DNA from: an uncultured Actinomycetota bacterium
Lineage (GTDB): Bacteria; Actinomycetota; Actinomycetes; JAHEKZ01
DNA length: 64,000 nt
Direction: 5' to 3'
NCBI GenBank assembly: GCA_963718235.1
Contig: CAVQYR010000001.1
Coordinates: 992,001 to 1,056,000 of the forward strand
Below, in pieces: positions 1 to 9,042 of the stretch; within the stretch, counting starts at the first letter, position 1, and each line of letters starts with the position of its first letter. The notes under the pieces were generated by a model. It saw only the letters and a list, made by a program, of their open reading frames with translations, was not told where the DNA came from and made no database searches. Position numbers and translations under genes: made by a program.

Positions 1-437
1 CTGGCCACGAGGAACAGCACCGACCCGACCGCGTCCGGCCTCCAGACCAAGGCGGCAGAGGCTTCGCTTGAGCCAGAGGCGACCAGGGCTCCTCTCAGCG
101 TCGTCACGTTGAAGGCCAGGGTGCCCAGGAACTGGGTGGCAGCCGCGCCCCAGTCGATGTCCCGGGCGCGAAGCGCCTGGCCAAGAACGACCCGACTCCG
201 GTCCCCGCGCCCGGCCGGCTCGAACCGCTCGCGCGACGTCAGGAGCTGGAGCGCTCCAGCCGTGGTGAAGAAGAGCGACCCGACGAAGAACGTCCAGGCG
301 GCGACTGCGGGAGCGAGCCCGGAGTCCAGGCTCAGCGGGACACCGATGGCGAACAGGGCGGAACCGACCATGAAGTCCCAGGCGGTCCACGTCACTCGTC
401 GGGAGGCATCACGCGGCTCGCCGGCTGGATCGGTCAC
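1..437 (-). CDS. Integral membrane protein, YrhK-like (partial, runs off the left edge)
   Basis: Manual minus-strand translation from GTG 437: WTAWDFMVGSALFAIGVPLSL..AWTFFVGSLFFTTAGALQL..LVWRPDAVGSVLFLVA. Repeated hydrophobic helices; missing from the ORF track because the stop lies outside the window. Confidence 0.6.
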   Translation of the reverse strand, partial: MTDPAGEPRDASRRVTWTAWDFMVGSALFAIGVPLSLDSGLAPAVAAWTFFVGSLFFTTAGALQLLTSRERFEPAGRGDRSRVVLGQALRARDIDWGAAATQFLGTLAFNVTTLRGALVASGSSEASAALVWRPDAVGSVLFLVA

Positions 438-519
438 GGCACCAGTAAACGACAGGAGAGCGGTTGCGCTGCGCGACCAGTCGCTGATGTCGAGCGGTTT
501 CGTCGGTGTCCGGGGCGGC

Positions 520-1284
520 TCAGTCTGCAGGGGGTTGGTGAGGGGGGTGAGGCGTGACGATGTAGCCGTCCGCGAAGTCGCCGTGCACCACGAGGCGCTT
601 GCGGTCGGCGACCCACAGCCAGGCCAGGTGGGCGCAGACGATGGCGTCGACCTCGTCCTCGACGGACTTCAGCTCGCTCTTGCGTGAGGCCCCCTCGACC
701 CGGCGACGCACCTCGCGCCACCGAGTCGACTCTTCGAGCCGGAGCGCGGCGAGGCCATGCTCCATGTGGTCCAGGAGAGTGACGAACGCGGCCCTCAGGG
801 AGGGGACCTCACGGCCCGGCTTGGCCTTGTAGGGCAGCACCCGGGGCAGGTCGAACAAGGACACCATCGCGGCGTGCGGGTACACCTCCAGGCAGACGGG
901 CCGGTCCGGTTCGGCAACGGCTTCGGGGTCCATCGACCAGCCGAACCGATTGGCCAGTCGCGCCCCGCGTGGCTGAGGGGAGAAGTACGGCATCCCGCGG
1001 TTGGACGGATACGTACCCGCGGAGTAGCGACCGAACAGCCGGGTGACCTCGGCCTCGCAGGGTCGCCGTCCGGTCTCGTTGGGCACGACCAGGGGGGCGT
1101 CGATCGCGACCACCTGGGTGCCCACGCCATGGGTCGCGACGAAGCTCGCGATCTCGTCTTCGTCGACGACGGAGGTGGAGGCCATGAGTCGCCCTGTGCC
1201 GTCTACCGCCGCGATGCCGGTGCGGTTGCGGTCACCCCAGGCGAGGTCGATCCCCAGGAACCTAGGAGCTGCCGGCGAGCTCAT
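520..1284 (-). CDS. DUF429 family predicted nuclease (RNase H-like fold)
   Basis: FLGIDLAWG, VAIDAPLVVPN, LEVYPHAA and EDEVDAIVCA motifs; ATG 1284 overlaps the upstream stop (ATGA). Confidence 0.85.
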   Translation of the reverse strand: MSSPAAPRFLGIDLAWGDRNRTGIAAVDGTGRLMASTSVVDEDEIASFVATHGVGTQVVAIDAPLVVPNETGRRPCEAEVTRLFGRYSAGTYPSNRGMPYFSPQPRGARLANRFGWSMDPEAVAEPDRPVCLEVYPHAAMVSLFDLPRVLPYKAKPGREVPSLRAAFVTLLDHMEHGLAALRLEESTRWREVRRRVEGASRKSELKSVEDEVDAIVCAHLAWLWVADRKRLVVHGDFADGYIVTPHPPHQPPAD

Positions 1285-1829
1285 GGTGCTCGTGGCGTGC
1301 CGAGGTCGTACTCCCACCCCGGCTGCCAGTCGAACTCCTCGTCGACCAGGGACTCCAGCGGGACACCGTCGACGACGTGTTGGAAGGCCCAACGAGTGGC
1401 GACGTGGCCGATCACGACCACGCGGGACGCCGACGTGCGCCGCAGGTCCTCGATGAACCCGGCGACCCGGTCGACGGCCTGCCGCCAGCTCTCGCCCTGG
1501 GGGTAGGGCGCATCCAGGTACTGCGCACGGTTCCCGTGCACGACGTTGACCGGCGACCCGTTGAGCCGGCCGTAGTCGCACTCGCGCAGTCGTTGGTCCT
1601 CAACAATGGGCGGGCCGTGCCCGCCGAAGGCCTGCTCCGCAGTCTGGACCGCGCGGCGTAGGTCGGAGGTGTAGACGACGTCCGGAGGGCGGCTGCGGTG
1701 CCGCTCACCGAGTGCGTGCGCCGCTGCGAGCCCGCGCGGAGACAGCTCACCCGGAAGCCAACCCGTCGCGACTCCCACCTCGTTGTCCTCACTCCACGAG
1801 TGAGTCTCGAAGACCGCGCGCACGGGCAC
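1281..1829 (-). CDS. Histidine phosphatase / phosphoglycerate mutase family protein
   Basis: VYTSDLRRAVQTA, LRECDYG, YPQGESW and VVVIGH motifs; the N-terminal RHG reads ETHS. Confidence 0.85.
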   Translation of the reverse strand: MPVRAVFETHSWSEDNEVGVATGWLPGELSPRGLAAAHALGERHRSRPPDVVYTSDLRRAVQTAEQAFGGHGPPIVEDQRLRECDYGRLNGSPVNVVHGNRAQYLDAPYPQGESWRQAVDRVAGFIEDLRRTSASRVVVIGHVATRWAFQHVVDGVPLESLVDEEFDWQPGWEYDLGTPRAP

Positions 1830-1889
1830 GGCGCTGACAGTACCTCGGGTCGGGTCTGGCAAGGTGCTCGGCGTCGAGGAGGTCAGACC

Positions 1890-2810
1890 ATGGGCAGGAG
1901 TCCGCTGGGCTCGGATCCGTCGGGCCCGGATCCCTCGGGCTCGCATCTGTTGGGACGGGTCCCGGCGCCGGTCCTGGTGCTCGCCGCGATCGGGTCGGTC
2001 CAGACCGGCAGTGCAGTGGCCCGCACCCTCTTCGACGACCTCGGTGCACCCGGCGTGACGCTGCTGCGGCTCGGGCTGGCCGCGGTCTTCCTTCTCGTGG
2101 TGCTCCGCCCGGCGGTCCGCACCTGGTCGGCCAGCGCGTGGCGCGCCGCGGCGACGCTCGGCCTCGTCCTGGCCGCGATGAACTCGCTGTTCTACCTGTC
2201 GCTGCGCACGGTTCCGCTGGGAGTGGCGGTCACCGTCGAGTTCATCGGACCTCTGCTCCTGGCGTTGGTGCAGACCCGGCGGGTCATGGACGCCGTGTGG
2301 GCCCTGCTTGCGGCCGGCGGCGTGGTCCTGCTCGGGTCCGACTCGGCCAGCGGGGTCCCGCTGACCGGGCTGCTGCTCGCCCTGGCTGCCGGGATGTGCT
2401 GGGCTGCCTACATCCTGGCCAGCGCCCGGGTGGGTCGGCTGCTCCCTGGGATCGACGGTCTCGCGGTCGCGCTCGCCGTCGGCGCCGTGCTCGTCCTCCC
2501 GTTCGGGATCAGTGGGGCGCTCGAAGTCGTGGGTCACCCCGCGTGGCTGCTCGCGGCCGCCGCCGTCGCGCTGCTGTCGTCGATCGTTCCCTACGGCCTG
2601 GAGCTCACCGCCCTGCGACGCCTGCCGACCCGGGTGTTCGGGATCCTGATGAGTGCCGAACCGGCGGCTGCCGCCGTGGCGGGTTTCGTGGTGCTGGGCC
2701 AGCAGCTGCTGCCTCGTCAGCTGGTCGCGCTGGGTCTCGTGAGCGCCGCCAGCGTGGGCGTCACGCTCGGCCGACGCGAGGGGGAGCTGCCGCCTCAGCC
2801 GATGGAGTGA
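1890..2810 (+). CDS. EamA/RhtA-type DMT inner-membrane exporter
   Basis: SVQTGSAVA, MNSLFYLSLRTVPLGVAVTVEFIGPL and FGILMSAEPA motifs; about 10 TM helices; GGAGG upstream of ATG 1890. Confidence 0.88.
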   Translation: MGRSPLGSDPSGPDPSGSHLLGRVPAPVLVLAAIGSVQTGSAVARTLFDDLGAPGVTLLRLGLAAVFLLVVLRPAVRTWSASAWRAAATLGLVLAAMNSLFYLSLRTVPLGVAVTVEFIGPLLLALVQTRRVMDAVWALLAAGGVVLLGSDSASGVPLTGLLLALAAGMCWAAYILASARVGRLLPGIDGLAVALAVGAVLVLPFGISGALEVVGHPAWLLAAAAVALLSSIVPYGLELTALRRLPTRVFGILMSAEPAAAAVAGFVVLGQQLLPRQLVALGLVSAASVGVTLGRREGELPPQPME

Positions 2811-3877
2811 TCCAGGGCCAGCACGACGAGGGGGTCACCCTCCGGAGGGGGGTGCTTGGTGAAGCGAAGGGAGTAGATCCCGAGGCTGCGTGCGTGCTCC
2901 TGGGTGGCCGGAAGGACGATCCGCGCGGTGGCGCCCACCCGCTCGCCGGCGATGAGCACGCCGACGGCGGCGGGCTCTCGGAAGTTGCGCCACCAGCGCT
3001 TGCGTTCAGGGTGTCCCGGCCACACGACCAGCTGCCCGTCGTCGCGGGCGTACTCGGCGGGCAGCGCGTAGCTGGCTCCGCTGCTGCGACCGACGTAGTC
3101 GATCTCCACCAACGCCCCGGACAGCAGCCGGTGAGCCGGCGAACGCAGGAGGCCGAGAACCGCCCGGTTGGTCCAGGTCGAGGCCCGTGGGGCCTGTTGG
3201 TCGAGGGTCGGGAGGAAGAACCCCGTCACGGCACCGATCGTGAGGCCGGCCAGCACCCCGGTGACGGCTCCCCAGGCAAGCAGGGCGGCGAGGGGGAGCC
3301 CCGCCGGCGCCATCGTCGCGCCGACCATGATCACCGAGAGGGCGAGCGACCAGCCAACGGCGTTGACCGGCACCCAGCGCCAGCCGTGCGCGACGTGGGG
3401 GTGCAGGGCCCATGCCTGGGCGGCCCCGAAGATCGACCCGAGCGCGAGGCCGGCCCCGAACGTGACGAGCAGGACGAGTGGGAGCGGCGGTTCGGCCGAG
3501 CCGGCCTGCGTGCTCGTCGAGTCGAAGCCGCCGACCGCACCGGCGACGAGGGTCGACGGTGCCGAGCCGAGGGCCCAGCCCAGCAGCGTCACGGCGACGG
3601 TCGCGCCCACCCACGACCGCCGGGTCAGTCGTGGCAGCCAGGCTCGCAGGAGGGGGTAGGTGAACAGCCCCAGGGCCAGCCCCTCGACGACGCCGCCCAG
3701 CGTCGTGCCAACCCACAGGACGAGCCCGGTTCCGAGGTCGGTGGGCTCTCCCAGGGCCAGGGCCAGCAGGGCCGCAGTCATGGCTGCCGCGGCCATGCCG
3801 ACGGTCTCACCGGCACCGCACGCGACCGTCCACCGTCCCCAGGCTGGGGGTTTCGTCGAATCGGATGCCCTGGACAC
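2795..3877 (-). CDS. Multi-pass membrane protein fused to a C-terminal deazaflavin (F420) nitroreductase-like split-barrel domain
   Basis: N-terminal ~220 aa hydrophobic; C-terminal NRAVLGLLRSPAHRLL..YVGRSSG..KRWWRNFREP resembles Ddn/F420H2-quinone reductase-like proteins. Start approximate. Confidence 0.6.
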   Translation of the reverse strand: MSRASDSTKPPAWGRWTVACGAGETVGMAAAAMTAALLALALGEPTDLGTGLVLWVGTTLGGVVEGLALGLFTYPLLRAWLPRLTRRSWVGATVAVTLLGWALGSAPSTLVAGAVGGFDSTSTQAGSAEPPLPLVLLVTFGAGLALGSIFGAAQAWALHPHVAHGWRWVPVNAVGWSLALSVIMVGATMAPAGLPLAALLAWGAVTGVLAGLTIGAVTGFFLPTLDQQAPRASTWTNRAVLGLLRSPAHRLLSGALVEIDYVGRSSGASYALPAEYARDDGQLVVWPGHPERKRWWRNFREPAAVGVLIAGERVGATARIVLPATQEHARSLGIYSLRFTKHPPPEGDPLVVLALDHSIG

Positions 3878-3987
3878 GAAACCACTGTCAGCCGGTCGAG
3901 TCGGGGTCGGTAGGGCCGCAGGGCCTCCGTGCCTGCGTGGGACCAAGGGCCTACCGAGAGCCGGACGGGCGTCGCTAGCATGCGGCC

Positions 3988-5091
3988 ATGGCCACCATCA
4001 CCACGCTCGACGCCCAGCCCGCCTTTCTCTCCGTCACCTGGGACGACGGTGTCGAGAGCACCTACCCGTGGATCTGGCTGCGCGACCACGCGCACGATGA
4101 GGCGACCCTGCATCCGGTGACGCAGCAACGCAACCTGCACACGGCCTCGGTCGACCCGAACATCGCCGCCGCCTCGGTCGACGTCGAGAACGGTGACGTG
4201 CGGATCGCCTGGAACAGCGAGCCCGAGCCCTCGCTCCTGCCGGTCGACTTCCTCGAGAAGTTCCGGGCTCCTGTGCCCACCTCGGTGCGCCTGCCGGTGC
4301 GGCCGGTCCTGTGGGATGCCGAGTCGATCTGGCCGACCCCCTCAACGCCCTACGACGACATCATGGGCAGTGACGAAGGCCTCACCGACTGGCTCACCAA
4401 GGTGGCCCAGTACGGCTTCGCCCTGGCCACCGGCACGCCGGTCACCCGAGAGGCGACCGAGGCCCTGGTCCGTCGGGTCGCCTACGTGCGCGAGTCGATC
4501 TTCGGTGGCTTCTGGGAGTTCACCGCCGACCTGAGCAAGGCCGACACGGCCTACACCAACATCGAGCTGCTCGCCCACACCGACGGCACCTACTCCCACG
4601 ACGCGCCTGGCCTCCAGCTGCTGCACTGCCTGTACTTCGAGGGCACGGGCGGCGACTCGACGATGGCCGACGGCTTCCGGGTCGCCGCAGAGCTGAAGGA
4701 GTCGGCGCCGCAGCACTACGAGACGCTGTCCCGGGTGATGATCCCTGGCCAGTACATCGGTGACGGCTCACACCTGATGTCGGCCCGCCCGGTGCTGCGC
4801 CACGACCACAACGGCGACCTCGTGCAGGTGTCGTTCAACAACGCCGACCGAGCGCCGTTCCTGCTGCCGCACGACGAGATGATCGCCTTCTACGACGCGA
4901 TCCGGGCCTTCGACCTGCTGGCCAACGACCGCCGGCTGCAGTGGCGCCACGTGCTCGAGCCGGGCGAGGCCATGCTGTTCGACAACTGGCACGCGCTGCA
5001 CGGAAGGGCGGCCTACACCGGCGTCCGCAAGCTGTGCGGGGCCTACCTCAACCACGAGGACTTCGAGAGCCGGCTTCGGATGGCTTCCTGA
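3988..5091 (+). CDS. Trimethyllysine dioxygenase / gamma-butyrobetaine hydroxylase-like TauD-family Fe(II)/2OG dioxygenase
   Basis: WLRDH N-terminal domain, HTD iron motif, PGLQLLHCL, FDNWHALHGRAAY..RKLCGAYL. Confidence 0.88.
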   Translation: MATITTLDAQPAFLSVTWDDGVESTYPWIWLRDHAHDEATLHPVTQQRNLHTASVDPNIAAASVDVENGDVRIAWNSEPEPSLLPVDFLEKFRAPVPTSVRLPVRPVLWDAESIWPTPSTPYDDIMGSDEGLTDWLTKVAQYGFALATGTPVTREATEALVRRVAYVRESIFGGFWEFTADLSKADTAYTNIELLAHTDGTYSHDAPGLQLLHCLYFEGTGGDSTMADGFRVAAELKESAPQHYETLSRVMIPGQYIGDGSHLMSARPVLRHDHNGDLVQVSFNNADRAPFLLPHDEMIAFYDAIRAFDLLANDRRLQWRHVLEPGEAMLFDNWHALHGRAAYTGVRKLCGAYLNHEDFESRLRMAS

Positions 5092-5172
5092 CCGATCTGG
5101 CTCCAGCGACCCGATCGTGACCACGAATCGGGGCTCGACACCGCATACTGGTTCCATGATTGCGACTGCGCC

Positions 5173-5382
5173 GTGAGTCGGCGACCGCTGCCCACCAGCC
5201 CGTTCAACCAGCCCAAGGTGGAGGCGCCTGTCGAATCCTTCGCCCTGGACGACCGGGTGACTCACGACCAGTACGGGCTCGGCTCCGTCGTCGGGATCGA
5301 GGACGGCATCGCCGTGCTGGTCGACTTCGGTTCGCGTCGGGTGCGGATCCTGGCGCCGTACGGCAAGCTCAGCCGCCTCTGA
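5173..5382 (+). CDS. Small hypothetical protein, Tudor/SH3-like (PcrA C-terminal domain-like)
   Basis: FALDDRVTHDQYGLGSVVGIE..VLVDFG..KLSRL; fills the gap between two genes with GC-rich third codon positions. Confidence 0.7.
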   Translation: MSRRPLPTSPFNQPKVEAPVESFALDDRVTHDQYGLGSVVGIEDGIAVLVDFGSRRVRILAPYGKLSRL

Positions 5383-5403
5383 GTCGGCCGCCCCTGTCGC
5401 CGG

Positions 5404-6195
5404 TCACCGGTCGGGGAACGACCCCAGCATGAACATGGCACCGGTCGGGTCGGAGATCCCGGCGAAGCGCCCGGGCCCCATCTCCATGGCGGGGAAGAAC
5501 AACGAACCGCCCAGCTCGAGGACGCGCGCGACCGACGTGTCGCAGTCGTCGACGGCGAAGTAGACGAACCACATGCTCGGCATCTCCGCCGGCGCCGCGT
5601 CCGGCACGGTCATCGCGCCGGCGTTGCTCTTGTCGTCACCCTCCTTGGTCGCGAGCTCGGCCACGAAGTACTCGGGCCCGCCGGGGCTGTCCATCGGCTC
5701 CCACGTCCAGCCGACCACCTCGGCGTAGAAGGACATGGCGGCGTCACGGTCGCGGCTCTGCAGCTCATTCCAGGTCAGGGCGCCGTGGCTGTTGTAGCGC
5801 TCGGCGCCCTCGTGGTCCTGCGGCTGCCACAGGCCGACCACCGCACCGCTGGGGTCGGTGACCATGGCCATGCGCCCCTCGGTCATCACGTCCATGGCCG
5901 GCATCACGACGGCGCCGCCGGCGGCTTCGACCTTGACCAGGACCTCGTCGACGTCCTCGACGAGGATGTAGGAGTTCCACATCGGCGGCATACCGGCCTC
6001 GGCCATGCCCGGCGGCATCGGGCCGATCCCGGCCACGAGGTCGCCGTCCTTGCGGCACATCGTGTACGCCGGGCCCATCGGGGTGGGGACGTCGGTGCAC
6101 TCCCAGCGGAACAGGCCCTCGTAGAAGGACTTGGCGGCGGGTACGTCGCTGGTCGTCAGGTCGACCCAGCCGAACAGACCGTGAGGTTGGCGCAT
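5404..6195 (-). CDS. VOC/glyoxalase family protein with two domains (CFP32-like)
   Basis: WVDLTTSDVPAAKSFY, GRMAMVTDPSGA, WNELQSRD and GRFAGISDPTGA motifs. Confidence 0.9.
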   Translation of the reverse strand: MRQPHGLFGWVDLTTSDVPAAKSFYEGLFRWECTDVPTPMGPAYTMCRKDGDLVAGIGPMPPGMAEAGMPPMWNSYILVEDVDEVLVKVEAAGGAVVMPAMDVMTEGRMAMVTDPSGAVVGLWQPQDHEGAERYNSHGALTWNELQSRDRDAAMSFYAEVVGWTWEPMDSPGGPEYFVAELATKEGDDKSNAGAMTVPDAAPAEMPSMWFVYFAVDDCDTSVARVLELGGSLFFPAMEMGPGRFAGISDPTGAMFMLGSFPDR

Positions 6196-6285
6196 GAGGG
6201 ACTCCGCTCGTGAGGGGAGGGGCGCCCTCGACGCTACCCGCGTGGCAGGAGGGTCCACCAGGGCTGCCCGGGAGTCGCAGGTCGG

Positions 6286-7701
6286 TCAGTCCGGAGCAGC
6301 CGCCGACGGCAGCCGCACGGTCACGGCGGTGTGCCCGGGTCGGCTGTCCATGCTCACGTCCCCGTCCAGAGCGTCCACCACCGCGGCCACGATCGACAGA
6401 CCGAGGCCGGCGCCTCCGGTGGCGCGCGTGCGGGACTCCTCGGCCCGGGTGAACCGCTCGAAGACCCGTGGCTGCAAGGACTCGGGGATCCCTGGTCCCT
6501 CGTCGACCACGCTCAGCACACCATGGTCAGCCACCGCGGCGACGCGCACGGTCACCGGGGTGCCCTCCGGGGTGTGCCGGGTGGCGTTGGCCAAGAGGTT
6601 GACCAGCACCTGGCGCAACCGGTCCTCGTCTCCCACCACGTAGACCGGCTCGGGGGGCAGCTCCAGCACCAGGCGGTGCCGGGGGGCGGTGACCCGGACG
6701 TCGGAGCTGGACTCCGCGGCCAGCCGGGTCAGGTCGACCGGCTCGCGCTGCAGCGGGCGGCCCTGGTCGAGGCGGGCGAGCAGGAGCAGGTCGTCGACCA
6801 GGACGCCCATCCGCTTGGCCTCGGACTCGATCCGGGCCATCGCCGTGGCCCGCTGGGCAGCGTCGGCGTCACTACGCCGGTAGAGCTCGGCGTAACCACG
6901 GATCGACACCAACGGTGTGCGCAGCTCGTGACTGGCGTCGGCGATGAACTGGCGCAGGCGACCCTCGGTGACCGCCCGGGCCTCGAGTGAGGCGTCGACG
7001 TGGTCGAGCATCTCGTTGAAGGCGACGGCCACGTCGGCGACCTCCGCCGGGGCACCGTCGGTGGCCACCCGCTCGTCGACACCGCTGGTCGACAGGGGTA
7101 GCTCGCGGACCCGGCGGGCCGTCGTGGCCACCCGCTCCAGCGGGGCCAGCTCGCGACGGATGAAGGCGTACCCCACGACCGCGACCACGACCGAGGCGAC
7201 GACCAGCGCGGTGACCTCGATCCCCAGCAGCCGCCCGAGGGTCTCCTGGACCGCGTTCGTGGGCTGGGCCACCACGACCTGGTGTCCGGAGGGGTCCTGC
7301 GACGCCACCGCCCGGTACCCGCCGAGGTCGGACAGGTCGACCGGGCCCGGCTTCGCACCGACCGCCTTGAGCTCGGCCACGTCGGAGGAGGTCAGGCTGG
7401 CCCGGCCGTCGTCGCGTCCGCGCCCGACCACCAGGATGGGGGCCTGGGTGACCTGCCCGGCGTCGTCGAACTCGATGAGCAGGGTCCCCTCGGGCAGGCC
7501 GCTGATGTCGCTCAGCCGCCGGTCGGCCACCTGGGAGGTGGTCTGCACCAGCTGGGTGTCCAGCTGGTCGATCAGGAAGGTCCGCAGCGTGAGCAGCGTG
7601 GCTGCCCCGACGCCGACCAGGACCGTGACGACCAGCACCAGCACACCGATCGTCAGGCGACGCCGCAACGTCCCCCGGCGGCGTCCGGTCGGCTCGGCCA
7701 T
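6286..7701 (-). CDS. Sensor histidine kinase (PhoR/TcrY-like, HAMP domain)
   Basis: Two TM segments, H-box FIADASHELRTPL, N-box NLLANA, G-boxes DEGPGI and GGAGLGLSIV. Confidence 0.93.
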   Translation of the reverse strand: MAEPTGRRRGTLRRRLTIGVLVLVVTVLVGVGAATLLTLRTFLIDQLDTQLVQTTSQVADRRLSDISGLPEGTLLIEFDDAGQVTQAPILVVGRGRDDGRASLTSSDVAELKAVGAKPGPVDLSDLGGYRAVASQDPSGHQVVVAQPTNAVQETLGRLLGIEVTALVVASVVVAVVGYAFIRRELAPLERVATTARRVRELPLSTSGVDERVATDGAPAEVADVAVAFNEMLDHVDASLEARAVTEGRLRQFIADASHELRTPLVSIRGYAELYRRSDADAAQRATAMARIESEAKRMGVLVDDLLLLARLDQGRPLQREPVDLTRLAAESSSDVRVTAPRHRLVLELPPEPVYVVGDEDRLRQVLVNLLANATRHTPEGTPVTVRVAAVADHGVLSVVDEGPGIPESLQPRVFERFTRAEESRTRATGGAGLGLSIVAAVVDALDGDVSMDSRPGHTAVTVRLPSAAAPD

Positions 7702-7702
7702 G

Positions 7703-8428
7703 TCAGCCCTCGTCGGGGCGCGGTGGCCGCAGGACGTAGCCCACGCCACGGACGGTGTGGATCAACGGCTCGTGGCCCTTGTCGACCTTGCGGCGCAGGT
7801 AGCCGATGTAGAGCTCGACGATGTTGGTCTGCCCGCCGAAGTCGTACTGCCAGACCCGGTCGAGGATCTGTTGCTTGGACAGCACCCTGCGGGCGTTGAG
7901 CATCAGGTAGCGCAGCAGCTCGAACTCGGTCTTGGTGAGCTCGACGCGGTGACCGCCGCGGAACACCTCGTGCGCGTCCTCGTCGAGGCTGAGGTCGGCC
8001 ACGCTCAGCACCTGCTCGCGGGTGTCCAGCGCCCGGCCGGTCCGTCGCAGCAGGGCGTGCAGGCGGGCCACGAGCTCCTCCAGGGAGAACGGCTTGGTGA
8101 CGTAGTCGTCCCCGCCCAGGGTGAGACCGTGCACCCGGTCCTCGGTCGCGTCGCGGGCCGTGAGGAACAGGACCGGGACGTCGAACCCGTCGCGCCGAAG
8201 CCGTTGCAGCACCTCGAACCCGTCGAAGTCGGGGAGCATCACGTCGAGCACCACGACGTCGGGCTCGAACGTACGGACGGCGGTGAGGGCCTCCTGGCCG
8301 GAGCCCGCCGTCTGGACCTGCCAGCCGTCGTAGCGCAGCACCGTGCCGATCAGCTCGGTGATGTTGGGCTCGTCGTCGACCACCAGGGCCTTCACGGCTG
8401 GGGCGTCCGGGGCTGCGGCCGGTGGCAT
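7703..8428 (-). CDS. OmpR-family response regulator (PhoP/TcrX-like)
   Basis: LVVDDE, LDVMLPD, FLTARD, DYVTKPFS, LTKTEFELL and IHTVRGVGY motifs. Confidence 0.95.
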   Translation of the reverse strand: MPPAAAPDAPAVKALVVDDEPNITELIGTVLRYDGWQVQTAGSGQEALTAVRTFEPDVVVLDVMLPDFDGFEVLQRLRRDGFDVPVLFLTARDATEDRVHGLTLGGDDYVTKPFSLEELVARLHALLRRTGRALDTREQVLSVADLSLDEDAHEVFRGGHRVELTKTEFELLRYLMLNARRVLSKQQILDRVWQYDFGGQTNIVELYIGYLRRKVDKGHEPLIHTVRGVGYVLRPPRPDEG

Positions 8429-8507
8429 GGTCCCTCCTTCTGGGTGCACGGCAGGCTAGCCGTCGCCACGCCGATTGGGGTGTGGTCGCGACCTGGATCG
8501 ACGCCCT

Positions 8508-8536
8508 TCACAGCAACCCCACAGCCCGTCCTCAGA
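8508..8536. promoter_or_regulatory. PhoP-type direct-repeat box upstream of the response regulator
   Basis: TCACAGC-N4-CCACAGC-N4-CCTCAGA (11-bp period); the M. tuberculosis PhoP consensus is TCACAGC-N4-TCACAGC. Confidence 0.6.
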
Positions 8537-8775
8537 CGGCCAGGCGGCGGGGCGGGACCGCCCGGACAAGTCCGTGGGCGCGGGGGATTGCGGTCTGAGG
8601 GTGTTCACGCGGTACTCTGGGCGAGGTTGCAGGTTGAGTTCTACGCAGGACCCCCGGCTCGGGAACACCCCGTACCGGACCCATTGCGGTGCTTCACCGG
8701 GTGCAGGACGACGGATGCAGCCTCAGGGCTCGCGCCGCGGTCCCTGAACACACTGGATGCATGGAGTATCTCGCA

Positions 8776-8979
8776 ATGGCACAAGGCACGGTTAAGTGGT
8801 TCAACGCCGAAAAGGGTTTCGGCTTCATTCAGCAGGACGACGGCGGCCCTGACGTCTTCGTCCACTTCTCGGCGATCGAGATGGACGGCTACCGCTCGCT
8901 CAACGAGGCGCAGCGGGTCGAGTTCGAGATCGCTCAGGGACCCAAGGGTCCGCAGGCCGAGAAGGTCCGCAACGTCTGA
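8776..8979 (+). CDS. cspA: Cold-shock protein
   Basis: [27 protein letters not shown]; 67 aa; long 5' leader, candidate -10 TACTCT at 8613-8618. Confidence 0.97.
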   Translation: MAQGTVKWFNAEKGFGFIQQDDGGPDVFVHFSAIEMDGYRSLNEAQRVEFEIAQGPKGPQAEKVRNV

Positions 8980-8997
8980 CGTTCTTCGCTTGATCCG

Positions 8998-9025
8998 ACA
9001 GCCCGGGACCTCGGTCCCGGGCTGT
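8998..9025. terminator. Hairpin terminator between convergent cspA and DUF2505 genes
   Basis: Perfect inverted repeat ACAGCCCGGGACC-TC-GGTCCCGGGCTGT. Confidence 0.75.
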
Positions 9026-9042
9026 CGTGCGTCCTGGGTCGG

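Noticed and set aside
1907-1948. Imperfect 15-bp repeats in the EamA N-terminus; similar 15-bp duplication at about 34963-34996
   Set aside because: Only two or three degenerate copies in low-complexity termini; likely neutral slippage.
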